From Candidatus Brocadiia bacterium (GTDB lineage: Bacteria > Planctomycetota > Brocadiia > CAIUPP01), in assembly GCA_050015075.1 (NCBI GenBank), contig JBEKCB010000001.1:1-64000 (forward strand): a stretch of DNA of 64,000 bases, read 5' to 3'. Position 1 is the stretch's first letter; each line of letters begins with the position of its first letter. Both the position numbers and the translations under genes were made by a program. Shown here in pieces: positions 10,716 through 21,430 of the stretch. A model generated the notes under the pieces. It worked only from the letters and a program-made list of their open reading frames with translations. It did not search any database and had not been told where the DNA came from.

Positions 10716-11333
10716 TTATCCGCCATTCGGTAATCGGCCATCGGCCGCCGGCAACCGAAGCGCCGCTCCGTTGCGGAACAGGTCCGTCACCATCTCGAAC
10801 CTGCGCATGGACTCGGAGGCGTCCGGCAGCCGCAGCTCGCGCGTGCGGACCATTCCCAGCAGGAATTCGGCGAGCGTCTCCGGCTCGATGTCGCCGCGGA
10901 TCTTGCCCTCGGCGACGCCTTTGCGCAGGATGTCGGCGACGATCTGGACGAGCCGTACGCGCTTCTCGAGCCAGCGCTCGCGCAATCGGCCCTTCGAGCA
11001 CGACATGCGCGCCTCCTCCGCCTGGATCCGCGCGAAGAGCGGCCGATGCCGCCGGAAAAACGCGGCGATCCGCACGCAGGCGTCGAGCAAGCGCTCCTCG
11101 AACGGCGCGCGTTCGGGAACTTTCCGCATGAGCAGCTCGCACAACTCGTCGAATGCGCCGCCGGTCACCTGGAAAAACAGGTCTTCCTTGTCCTCGAAGT
11201 ACTGGTAGATCGTCCCCTTGCCGACCGCCGCCACGCGCGCGACCTCGCCGAGGGTCACCTCGTGGAACCGCCGGTTCGCCAGCAGTTTCTCGGTCGCCTG
11301 GAGAATCTGTTGCCGCTTGCCATCCCTGCTCAT
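10716..11333 (-). CDS. TetR/AcrR family transcriptional regulator
   Basis: HTH segment ILQATEKLLANRRFHEVTLGEVARVAAVGKGTIYQYFEDKEDLF. Start 11333 or 11351. Confidence 0.92.
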   Translation of the reverse strand: MSRDGKRQQILQATEKLLANRRFHEVTLGEVARVAAVGKGTIYQYFEDKEDLFFQVTGGAFDELCELLMRKVPERAPFEERLLDACVRIAAFFRRHRPLFARIQAEEARMSCSKGRLRERWLEKRVRLVQIVADILRKGVAEGKIRGDIEPETLAEFLLGMVRTRELRLPDASESMRRFEMVTDLFRNGAALRLPAADGRLPNGG

Positions 11334-11390
11334 CCGCGCACTCCAGCCCATCCATCCGGCCGCGTCCTGAAACCGGCGGGTATTCTGAAA

Positions 11391-11433
11391 ACTGACCGGT
11401 CGGTATTATCCTCACTTCCCCGCACGGCGTCAA
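11391..11433 (-). promoter_or_regulatory. Sigma70-like promoter of the tetR operon with an adjacent palindromic operator
   Basis: Minus strand reads TTGACG (11433-11428), 17 bp, GATAAT (11410-11405), then the near-perfect palindrome ACCGACCGGTCAGT (11404-11391). Confidence 0.7.
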
Positions 11434-11500
11434 GGTTTCACCGCTCAGAAGGAACACGGCGGGGCATCTCCAGTCAGCGCGCGCATCGTTTCGACGCTCC

Positions 11501-12362
11501 GCTAGGTACGATACGTATCTAGCGGGCACCCCAGGAACTGCGCCAACGTCTCGCTTCCGAGCGCCGCAGGGATCTTCGCTTTGCTCCGAACGAACACGGC
11601 GGAGCGTCTCATGCCAGCACGGGCGCCGTTTCGAGGCGCCGCTAGCTACGATACGTACCTAGCGGGCACTCCAGGAGCCGCGCCAGCGTCCCGCGTCCGA
11701 GGCCTGCCGGGTTCTTCGCTTCGCTCAGACTAAACACGGCGGAGCGTCTCATGCCAGCACGAGCGCCGTTTCGAGGCGCCGCTAGCTACGATACGTACCT
11801 AGCGGGCACCCCAGGAGCCGCGCCAAGGTCCCGCGCCCGAGTCGTGCCGGGTTTTTCGCTTCGCTAAGACTAAACACGGTGGAGCATCTTATGCCAGCAC
11901 GAGCGCCGTTTCGAGGCTCCACTAGATACGATACGTACCTAGCGGGCACCCAGGAGCCGCGCCAGCGTCCCGCGTCCGAGTCCCGCAGGGATCTTCGCTT
12001 TGCTCCGAACGAACACGGCGGAGCATCTCATGCCAGCACGAGCACCGTTTCGAGGCGGCGCTAGCTACGATACGTATCTAGCGGGTGCCCAGGAGCCGCG
12101 CCAACGTCCCACATCCGAGTCCCGCAGGGATCGTCGCTTTCCTCCGAACGAACACGGCGGGGCATCTCTAGTCAGCGCGCGCATCGTTTCGACGCTCCGC
12201 TAGATACGATACGTATCTAGCGGGCACCCAGGAGCCGCGCCAGCGTCCCGCGTCCCAGCCCTGCCGGGTTCTTCGCTTCGCTCAGACTAAACACGGCGGA
12301 GCATCTCATGCCAGCACGAGCGCCCTTTCGAGGCGCCGCTAGATACGATACGTACCTAGCAG
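11501..12362. repeat. Tandem array of ~140-bp units with 7 palindromic GCTAGNTACG-ATA-CGTAYCTAGC cores
   Basis: Cores at 11501, 11641, 11781, 11921, 12060, 12199 and 12338 (period 139-140). Same family as 6072-6450, opposite orientation. Confidence 0.92.
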
Positions 12363-12570
12363 GCATTTCCCGAGCAACGCCAAGGTCCCGCGTCCGAGTT
12401 CCGCCGACTCTTTCGCGCAGCCGTGAAACCGAGGCCTTTCGCGTCAAGTTCCCGCTCGGCTTGTGCCCTGCTCGAAGCTCCGATATAATCGAAGGACGCA
12501 GGGCCGCCGCGCGTTCGGCCCTCGGACTTCGGTCCTCGGTCCTTCGGAATCCTTCGCCAAAAGAAACCGC

Positions 12571-13455
12571 ATGGTCAAAGCTTGGGGCCGCTGCTATCAC
12601 AGCGTCTGGGCGCTGATGGCCATTTTCGTCGTCGTCGGCGCGGTCGGCGCGGCGATGGGCGAGCAGGGCACGATGTACGATGCGCTCAAGTTGACGCGGC
12701 AGGGCGTCCTCCACGGCGAAGTGTGGCGCCTGGTCAGCTATCCGTTTCTCACTTCCAGCCCTCTCTCGCTGCTGTTCACCGTCCTGATCTTCTACTACAT
12801 CGGCATGCCGCTGGAACTGGTCTGGGGAACGGCGCGGTTCCTGACGCTCTTTCTCGTCTCGGTCCTGGGAGGCGCGGCGGCCGGCGTGCTCCTGAACGTG
12901 TCGCTGGGCGGCGCCAATTCGACCTTTGGCGACTCGCCCATCGTCACGCTGATGCTCATCCACGGATTCCTCTTTCCCGAGAGCACCCTTTACCTTTTCC
13001 TCATTATCCCCATCCGCGTCAAAACGCTGGCCGTCATCACCACCGCCTGGTATCTCGTCCAGTGTGTCGCGCTGAAGTTTCAAGGGTTGGCGCTGTTTCT
13101 CGGCCTCTTCAGCGGCGTCCTGTTTTACGTGTTCACGACCGGCGAGATTCCGTGGCTGCGCCGGGCGAAGCGCAAGCTGCGCGCAGCCGCCGCGGATCCT
13201 TCCGCCGCCGTCCGCAGCGTCTCGACCGGCTCGTTGATGGAGCGCGCCCGACAGGCCATGCGCCGGCACGACAGCGGCCAGACGCTGACCGAGCAGGACC
13301 GCGCCTGGATCGAGGAAGTCATCCGCCGCGCCGACCCGGAGCACGAACTCTGCTCGCCTTACTCCTTCAGCCCCGACAACACCATCTGCCCGCCCTGCCG
13401 CGCGTTCGGACACTGCCTGCGACGATACCTGGAAACGGTCGAAAAAGAGGACTGA
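12571..13455 (+). CDS. Rhomboid-like membrane protein (possibly inactive) with a C-terminal Cys cluster
   Basis: GEVWRLVSYPF, LELVWGTARFL and LFLIIPIRVK are rhomboid-like motifs. The tail reads CSPYSFSPDNTICPPCRAFGHC. Confidence 0.7.
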   Translation: MVKAWGRCYHSVWALMAIFVVVGAVGAAMGEQGTMYDALKLTRQGVLHGEVWRLVSYPFLTSSPLSLLFTVLIFYYIGMPLELVWGTARFLTLFLVSVLGGAAAGVLLNVSLGGANSTFGDSPIVTLMLIHGFLFPESTLYLFLIIPIRVKTLAVITTAWYLVQCVALKFQGLALFLGLFSGVLFYVFTTGEIPWLRRAKRKLRAAAADPSAAVRSVSTGSLMERARQAMRRHDSGQTLTEQDRAWIEEVIRRADPEHELCSPYSFSPDNTICPPCRAFGHCLRRYLETVEKED

Positions 13456-13484
13456 ACTCCGGTTGGACCGCGAAAACGCTGCTC

Positions 13485-13533
13485 GTAGTGGCGCCGTAAG
13501 GCGCTACTCCGTATGCCCTGACGGGCGCACTAC
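13485..13533 (+). repeat. 49-bp GTAG-type REP-like element, copy 1 of 6
   Basis: GTAGTG-GCGCCgtaaGGCGC-...-GCCCtgacGGGC-CACTAC. Confidence 0.85.
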
Positions 13534-13575
13534 AAGCGGCTCGCCGTGAACGCGGCGGCATGGTAGGATGTCGGC

Positions 13576-15741
<2,166 letters not shown>

Positions 15742-15836
15742 GAAGCGCACAGCGGCGCGGACAGCGGATGAATCTGCGCTTTGCACTCTTTACTCAGTCG
15801 TAGTTATACTTCGGTTTTCGGGATGGGAATCAACGG

Positions 15837-16760
15837 ATGTTTGACAGGCTGGTGATCGTCGGGCCGGGCCTGATCGGCGGGTCGCTGGGGATGGCGGTCC
15901 GCGAGAAGGGGCTGGCGCGGCGCGTGGTCGGCGTGGGGCGGCGGCGCGAGTCGCTGGCGCGGGCGGTGGAACTCGGGGCGGTGGACGAGACGTCGCTCGA
16001 CCTCGAATCCGCGGTCGCCGAGGCCGACCTCGTCGTGCTCGCGACGGGCGTCGAGTTGATCGCGCAGCAGGCGGCCGCGGTGCTGCCGCGCATGCCGAAG
16101 GGCGCGCTGCTGACGGACGTCGGCAGCGCCAAGGGAGTGATCTGCCGCTCAATCGCCGAAGCTTTCTCCGCCGCTTCGGCGGTGGAAAGGGTGCGGTTCG
16201 TCGGCGGGCATCCGATGGCCGGGTCCGAGCGGCGCGGAGTCGGCTCCGCGCGGGCGGACCTTTTCAAGGGCGCGGTCTGCATCCTGACGCCCACGCCGAG
16301 CACCGATCCGGACGGGGCGGCGCTGGAGATCGTCCGCGAGTTGTGGAAGGCGGTGGGCTGCCACGTGCATGAGATGTCGCCGGAGGCGCACGACCGGCTC
16401 ATCGCGCAGATCAGCCACCTGCCGCACCTGGCCGCGGCCTGCCTGGTGAACGCCGCTTCGGACGAGGCGCTCGACCTGGCCGCCAGCGGCTTCCTGGACA
16501 CCACGCGCGTCGCCTCCAGCGATCCGGCGCTGTGGGTGGGGATCTGCCTGGCCAACCGCGAGGCGCTGCTGGCCGCGCTGGCGGCGCTCGGCGGCCGGTT
16601 AAGCGACTTTGAGCAGGCGCTCGCGTCCGGCGACGCGAAGGCGCTGGAGGCGCTGCTCGCCCGCGCCAAGTCGCGCCGCGACGGCAAAGCGGACCAGCAA
16701 GACATCGTCAAAACCGACCACCAAGGCACTAAGGACACCAAGAACGACGGCAAATCTTGA
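15837..16760 (+). CDS. tyrA: Prephenate/arogenate dehydrogenase
   Basis: GPGLIGGSL Rossmann motif, TDVGSAK, GGHPMAGSE, HD...SHLPH and DTTRVASS. Confidence 0.92.
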   Translation: MFDRLVIVGPGLIGGSLGMAVREKGLARRVVGVGRRRESLARAVELGAVDETSLDLESAVAEADLVVLATGVELIAQQAAAVLPRMPKGALLTDVGSAKGVICRSIAEAFSAASAVERVRFVGGHPMAGSERRGVGSARADLFKGAVCILTPTPSTDPDGAALEIVRELWKAVGCHVHEMSPEAHDRLIAQISHLPHLAAACLVNAASDEALDLAASGFLDTTRVASSDPALWVGICLANREALLAALAALGGRLSDFEQALASGDAKALEALLARAKSRRDGKADQQDIVKTDHQGTKDTKNDGKS

Positions 16761-16794
16761 AACCACAGATGGACGCAGATGCGGCTAAGCGGAC

Positions 16795-17046
16795 CAGGCA
16801 CCAAGACACCCAAGCACAAAGAGACAACGGCTTCCACCACGAAATACACGGAGCACACCGAATGACTTTCCTAAACAGCTTCAGTGTCTTCTGTGTGTTC
16901 CGTGGTTGCAATATCCGTTGGCGTTAGAGACAACGGCTTCCACCACGGAGTACACGGAGCACACCGAATGACTTTCCTGAACAGCTTCCGTGTCTTCCGT
17001 GTGTTCCGTGGTTGCAATATCCGTCGGCGTCTTGGTGCCTTGGTGA
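16795..17046 (+). repeat. Two tandem copies (period 106 bp) of the nested inverted-repeat element CCACGGAATACACGG...CCGTGTGTTCCGTGG
   Basis: Units start at ~16820 and ~16926, with outer arms CACCAAGACACC and CTTGGTGCCTTGGTG. Confidence 0.88.
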
Positions 17047-17077
17047 TAAAAGGTTGGGCGTGACTGAGGAAAGGAAG

Positions 17078-17851
17078 ATGTTCGCGATCGCGCTTCAATC
17101 GGGGAGCAACGGGAACTGCATCTACGTCGAGTCGGCCGAGACGCGGCTGCTCTTCGACGCGGGGATCAGCGGCGTCGCGGCGGAGCGGCGGCTGGCGAAG
17201 TTCGGCCGCGACATCCGCAAGGTGGACGCCGTCATCATCTCGCACGACCACGCCGACCACGTCCGCTGCGCGGGGGTGTACCACCGGAAGTATCGCCTGC
17301 CGGTCTGCATCAGCCGGCGGACCTTCGACGCGGCCATCGCGCGGTGCGGCTGTTTCGAGGCGGCCGAGGCGGTCCACCATTTTGAACCGGGCTGCGCGCT
17401 GCGGTTCGGCGCGGTGACGGTGGAGACCGTGCCGACGCCGCACGACGCGGCCGAGGGCGTGGCGTTCGTCGTCGCCGCCGGCGGAAAGCGGCTCGGCATC
17501 CTCACCGATCTCGGGCACGTCTTCAGCGGGCTCGAGGAACTCGTCGGCTCGCTCGACGCGGTCTTCGTCGAGAGCAATTATGACCCGGAGATGCTCGATT
17601 CGGGCCGGTACCCGGCGTTCCTCAAGGCGCGCATCCGCGGGCCGCGCGGGCACATCTCGAACATCGAGGCGGCGGAGCTGCTCCGCGCGAGCGCCGGCGG
17701 CCGCCGGATGAAGTGGGTCTGCCTGGCGCATCTCTCCGAGGAAAACAACCAGCCGGGGCTGGCGCTGAGGACTCACCGCAGAATCGCCGGCGGCGACTAC
17801 AGCCTCTACGCCGCGAGCCGATATGAACCTACGGGGGTGTTTGAGATATAA
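17078..17851 (+). CDS. MBL-fold metallo-hydrolase (YycJ/WalJ-like)
   Basis: SGSNGN, SHDHADH, TDLG, ESNYD, GHISN and LAHLSEENN motifs. Confidence 0.9.
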   Translation: MFAIALQSGSNGNCIYVESAETRLLFDAGISGVAAERRLAKFGRDIRKVDAVIISHDHADHVRCAGVYHRKYRLPVCISRRTFDAAIARCGCFEAAEAVHHFEPGCALRFGAVTVETVPTPHDAAEGVAFVVAAGGKRLGILTDLGHVFSGLEELVGSLDAVFVESNYDPEMLDSGRYPAFLKARIRGPRGHISNIEAAELLRASAGGRRMKWVCLAHLSEENNQPGLALRTHRRIAGGDYSLYAASRYEPTGVFEI

Positions 17852-17884
17852 TGTGGGCGCCGAGGCCCGACCGGAGGACCGCAA

Positions 17885-18853
17885 ATGGGCAAACTCCCGC
17901 GCACTCCGAAGACGCCGCCGGCGCCTGATCCGGAACTGCTCTCCGCGCTCCAGAACCCGCGGTCCGCCATCTCGAACGCGCCGCCACTCCCGCGCGCGCA
18001 GTACGAAATCATCCTCGATTCCGTCCCCGCGCTGATCTTCTACAAGGACCAGGAAAACCGGATGGTCCGCGTGAACAAGGCGTTCGCCGAGGCGATGGGC
18101 CTGCCGAAGGACCAGATCGAGGGCAAAGGATGCTCCGAGCTCTGGCCCGACCAGGCCGAGCAGTACTGGAACGACGACCTGGAAGTCATGAAGTCCGGCC
18201 GCCCCAAGCGCGGCATCATTGAGCCGCTGGTGACGCAGGACGGGACGCGATGGATCCAGACGGACAAGATCCCGTTCCGCGACGAGGCGGGGCGGCTGAC
18301 CGGCGTCATCGGGTTCGCGATCGACATCACCGAGCGGCGGCGCGCGGAGGAATCGGTGCGCTCGCTCTCGCTGGTGGACGAGTTGACCGGGCTCTCGAAC
18401 CGCCGCGGCTTCTTCGCGCTGGCCGGGCAGCAGATCAAGATCGCCGCCCGCGCCAAGGCGAGGCTGTTCCTGATCTTCGCCGACGTGGACGAGCTGAAGC
18501 TGGCGAACGACACGTTCGGCCATGCCGCCGGCGACCAGCTGCTCCGCGACGCGGCGCGCGTGTTCCGCGAGACGTTCCGCGACAGCGACATCATCGCGCG
18601 CATCGGCGGCGACGAGTTCGTGGCGCTGGTGATTGCCACCGACGGCACGGACGTGGCTCGGATTCTGCCGCGCCTGCGCAAGAAGATCGCCGGCCGCGGC
18701 GCGCGCGGCCAACATGGCCGCCTGGCGCTGAGCGTGGGCTTGGCCGAGTACAACCCCGAAGCGCCCTGCTCGCTCGAGGAACTGATCAACCGGGCGGATG
18801 AGATGATGTACGAGGAGAAACGGCGGAAGGCGCAGCAGCGACTGCGGGGCTAG
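17885..18853 (+). CDS. PAS-domain diguanylate cyclase
   Basis: PAS/PAC region (IFYKD...DITER), DELTGLSNRR and RIGGDEF with an upstream RDSD I-site. Confidence 0.93.
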   Translation: MGKLPRTPKTPPAPDPELLSALQNPRSAISNAPPLPRAQYEIILDSVPALIFYKDQENRMVRVNKAFAEAMGLPKDQIEGKGCSELWPDQAEQYWNDDLEVMKSGRPKRGIIEPLVTQDGTRWIQTDKIPFRDEAGRLTGVIGFAIDITERRRAEESVRSLSLVDELTGLSNRRGFFALAGQQIKIAARAKARLFLIFADVDELKLANDTFGHAAGDQLLRDAARVFRETFRDSDIIARIGGDEFVALVIATDGTDVARILPRLRKKIAGRGARGQHGRLALSVGLAEYNPEAPCSLEELINRADEMMYEEKRRKAQQRLRG

Positions 18854-18922
18854 GCCGGCTTTCCCGCCGGGAAGAAGCGCTTCATCCTTCGCACTTCCTC
18901 GTTTCCCGCTGTTCCCGCCTGC

Positions 18923-19714
18923 TCACGAAGGCGTGCCGGTCGGCGGCGCGGACGGGGTGGGCGGCGCGGGCGGCGCGGGCGGCGCGACCGGAGTAGGCTC
19001 CGGCTGCGGCGCGGTCTCGGGCGGCTGGGCCGGCGTCGCGTTCTCCGGCGGAGGCGGCAGCGGCGGGCCCACGAGGCGGAAGCTCACCGTGTTGCTCACC
19101 ACCGTGCCGGACCACGCGGCGGGCCCGGCCGCGGCGGGCCGGCTGTAAACCACCTGCACTTTGTATTCGCCCGGCTTGTACAGCGCGTAGTTGACGAGCA
19201 GATTGAAGTTGCCGGGGAACTGGAGCGGCGCGATCGCGGCCAGCGGGACGAACGGGTTGCCCGGCTCGATCTGCGGGAAGTCAATCGGCAGCGAGTTGCG
19301 GGTCGTAACGACGAGCGACTGGCGCGTGACGACCACGCTCTCCTTCTCCGGCCCGACCACGATCATCGTCAGCCGGCTGAGCGCCAGGTTGTACGCGTCG
19401 AGCACGATCGGCTGGCCGGAGACGTTTCTGAAGAGCAGGTGGATCGAGGTCGGCTCGACGAGCAGGGGCGCGCCGAACGCGAAGGGCGTTTCGGACAGGA
19501 CGACCTTGTCGGGGATGAGGGTAAGCAGGAGTCCGTTCGCGGGCTGGCCGCCGCCCGGTTGGAGCTGCATTTCCGTGAAGACCGGCCCGCCGGCCGGTTT
19601 CGGAGCGGGCACGGGCGTCGTTGTCGCCGCCGGCGCAGGCGCGTAATCCTGCGCCGCGCAGAAAGTCCCCGCGAGCGCCACGAGAACGGCCGCGCAAACG
19701 GTCATCCGCGCCAT
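18923..19714 (-). CDS. Hypothetical secreted protein with Pro-rich ends
   Basis: RBS GGAGGGAG before ATG 19714, signal-peptide-like N-terminus, beta-rich core (KPGEYKVQVVY...GTVVSNTVSF) and a Pro/Ala tail. Confidence 0.7.
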   Translation of the reverse strand: MARMTVCAAVLVALAGTFCAAQDYAPAPAATTTPVPAPKPAGGPVFTEMQLQPGGGQPANGLLLTLIPDKVVLSETPFAFGAPLLVEPTSIHLLFRNVSGQPIVLDAYNLALSRLTMIVVGPEKESVVVTRQSLVVTTRNSLPIDFPQIEPGNPFVPLAAIAPLQFPGNFNLLVNYALYKPGEYKVQVVYSRPAAAGPAAWSGTVVSNTVSFRLVGPPLPPPPENATPAQPPETAPQPEPTPVAPPAPPAPPTPSAPPTGTPS

Positions 19715-19775
19715 GTCGCTCCCTCCAGCAAAAGGCGGCGGTCGCTCCTGATCGGCGGACAGCGCGTTCCGTTCG

Positions 19776-20012
19776 TCAGGGATAGATCGCTCGCGCCACG
19801 CCCGACCAGTCGCGCATAGCGGCCCACTTGCGCCACTCGCTGCACTTATCGTTGGCGTTCTTCCGGCTGCCCTTCCAGAAGCCGTTGCACTGCCCTTGAG
19901 CGCTGCTGTCCACGAGCGCGCAATTGCGGTCATCGCTGAGCTTGCGCGTGCCCTGCCAGAACGAGCAGGTCGCACAGTTCTTCCAGGCATTCGTGTACTT
20001 GCAAGCGCCCAT
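19776..20012 (-). CDS. Small Cys/Trp-rich protein with HiPIP-like Cys spacing
   Basis: AAGGAG RBS upstream of ATG 20012. Sequence includes NCATCSFWQG...GQCNGFWKG...DKCSEW. Confidence 0.65.
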   Translation of the reverse strand: MGACKYTNAWKNCATCSFWQGTRKLSDDRNCALVDSSAQGQCNGFWKGSRKNANDKCSEWRKWAAMRDWSGVARAIYP

Positions 20013-20103
20013 CCACCGCTCCTTTTCGTGCGAGATGCGACCTCCAGCCGACACCTCCACTATACGCCGAAGCGCCCGCGCGAACAACTGCGCCGGGCGG
20101 GAT

Positions 20104-21294
20104 TCAGCGGAGAGGCTGGGCGATGCCTGCCGAAGAAAGGTATTCTACGCCGGGTTCTGCGTGCGGTGCTAAAGCCCAAAACGGGCAGAGGGCCAGTGTT
20201 TCCAGGAAGCAGCGCATGGGGCTCATCCCGCCGGCGATCAGGCGCGAGAAGAGTTCGTTGACCGATCGGTTCCGGACGAGATGGTCGTAGCCGAACTTCG
20301 GCGCGGCATAGAAGAGCCGCGCCATGAGGTGTGCGAAGAAGAGCTCCCGCCGTAGCGCCGCGGTGCGGGCGTTGTAGGATTCCTCGGCCGAGCGTCCCTC
20401 CTCAAGCGCAGCTCGCAGCGCCTCGTAGGCCATTTCCGCGCTGCGGACGGCGTTGAAGACGCCCTCTCCGAAAAAAGCCTCGCCGAACCCGGCGGCGTCG
20501 CCCACCAGCAGCACCCGCCCGGCGGCGAGCCGTCGCGCGACGGGGCGGACCGGGATCGGCCACGCGCAAACGCGCGCGATGCGGCTCCCGCGAAGGACGG
20601 CGTAGCGCGCGATGAATTCCTCCAGCCGGGCGTTCAGCTTTCGCGCGTCGCCGACCCGCCGGATCCGCAGCAGGCCGACGCTGAACCGGTCGCGCTTGGG
20701 GAAAATCCATCCGTAGCCGCCCGGAAGCCCGCCGAAGTCGAACAGCGCGTTGTCGCCGAGCGCCTCGAACGCCTCGGCGGGCGGGAAGAGGTCCGTCTCG
20801 ATCGCCTGCGCCGTTCGCGGACGCTCCGCCGGATGGAGCAAGCGCCGCACGCGGCTCGCCGCGCCGTCCGCCCCGATCAGGAACCGCCCCGCGAACTCGC
20901 CGGCGCTTGTCCGCACGAGCACGCCGTCGCGATTCGCCTCGAACGACTGGAATTGCACGCCTTCGCGCAGTTCCGCGCCGGCCGCCACCGCTTGGGCGGT
21001 CATGAACTGGTCCAGCCGGGCGCGGTCCACCGTCGCTCCGGCGCCGGGCATCCGCTTGTGGAGGAAAGTCTCGCCGCGGAACGTCAGCCACGCGCCCGTC
21101 ACGCGCCGCTCGATCACCTCGTCCACCGGGAACGGCAGCGCCTGGAGCGTCTTGCACGAAAGGCCGCCCGCGCAGGTCTTCGGGCGCGGCAGGTTCGCCT
21201 TCTCGATCATCAGCGCCTTGAACCCGCGCCCGGCCAGCCGCCAGGCCAGCGTGTTCCCGGCCGGCCCGCACCCCACAATGATCGCGTCGTGCAT
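20104..21294 (-). CDS. Geranylgeranyl reductase-family FAD oxidoreductase
   Basis: IVGCGPAG, PRPKTCAGG, IGADGAAS, GYGWIFPK and LLVGDAAG...GEG motifs. Confidence 0.9.
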   Translation of the reverse strand: MHDAIIVGCGPAGNTLAWRLAGRGFKALMIEKANLPRPKTCAGGLSCKTLQALPFPVDEVIERRVTGAWLTFRGETFLHKRMPGAGATVDRARLDQFMTAQAVAAGAELREGVQFQSFEANRDGVLVRTSAGEFAGRFLIGADGAASRVRRLLHPAERPRTAQAIETDLFPPAEAFEALGDNALFDFGGLPGGYGWIFPKRDRFSVGLLRIRRVGDARKLNARLEEFIARYAVLRGSRIARVCAWPIPVRPVARRLAAGRVLLVGDAAGFGEAFFGEGVFNAVRSAEMAYEALRAALEEGRSAEESYNARTAALRRELFFAHLMARLFYAAPKFGYDHLVRNRSVNELFSRLIAGGMSPMRCFLETLALCPFWALAPHAEPGVEYLSSAGIAQPLR

Positions 21295-21430
21295 GAGATT
21301 TTCGCCCCGTCAGACCTCTTCGAACGAGGACAATCTCCGTCTCTCGGCGGCGCAAGAGCGCGCGAAGCGATCCGCGATCAGCGTCCATCTCCAGCGCCGC
21401 TTTGCGGCAAGAACCGGCATCAGCTCATGT

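Noticed and set aside
11501-12362. Possible CRISPR array (regularly spaced palindromic repeat)
   Set aside because: Spacers are ~115 bp and homologous to each other, the repeats vary, and no cas genes are present in the window.
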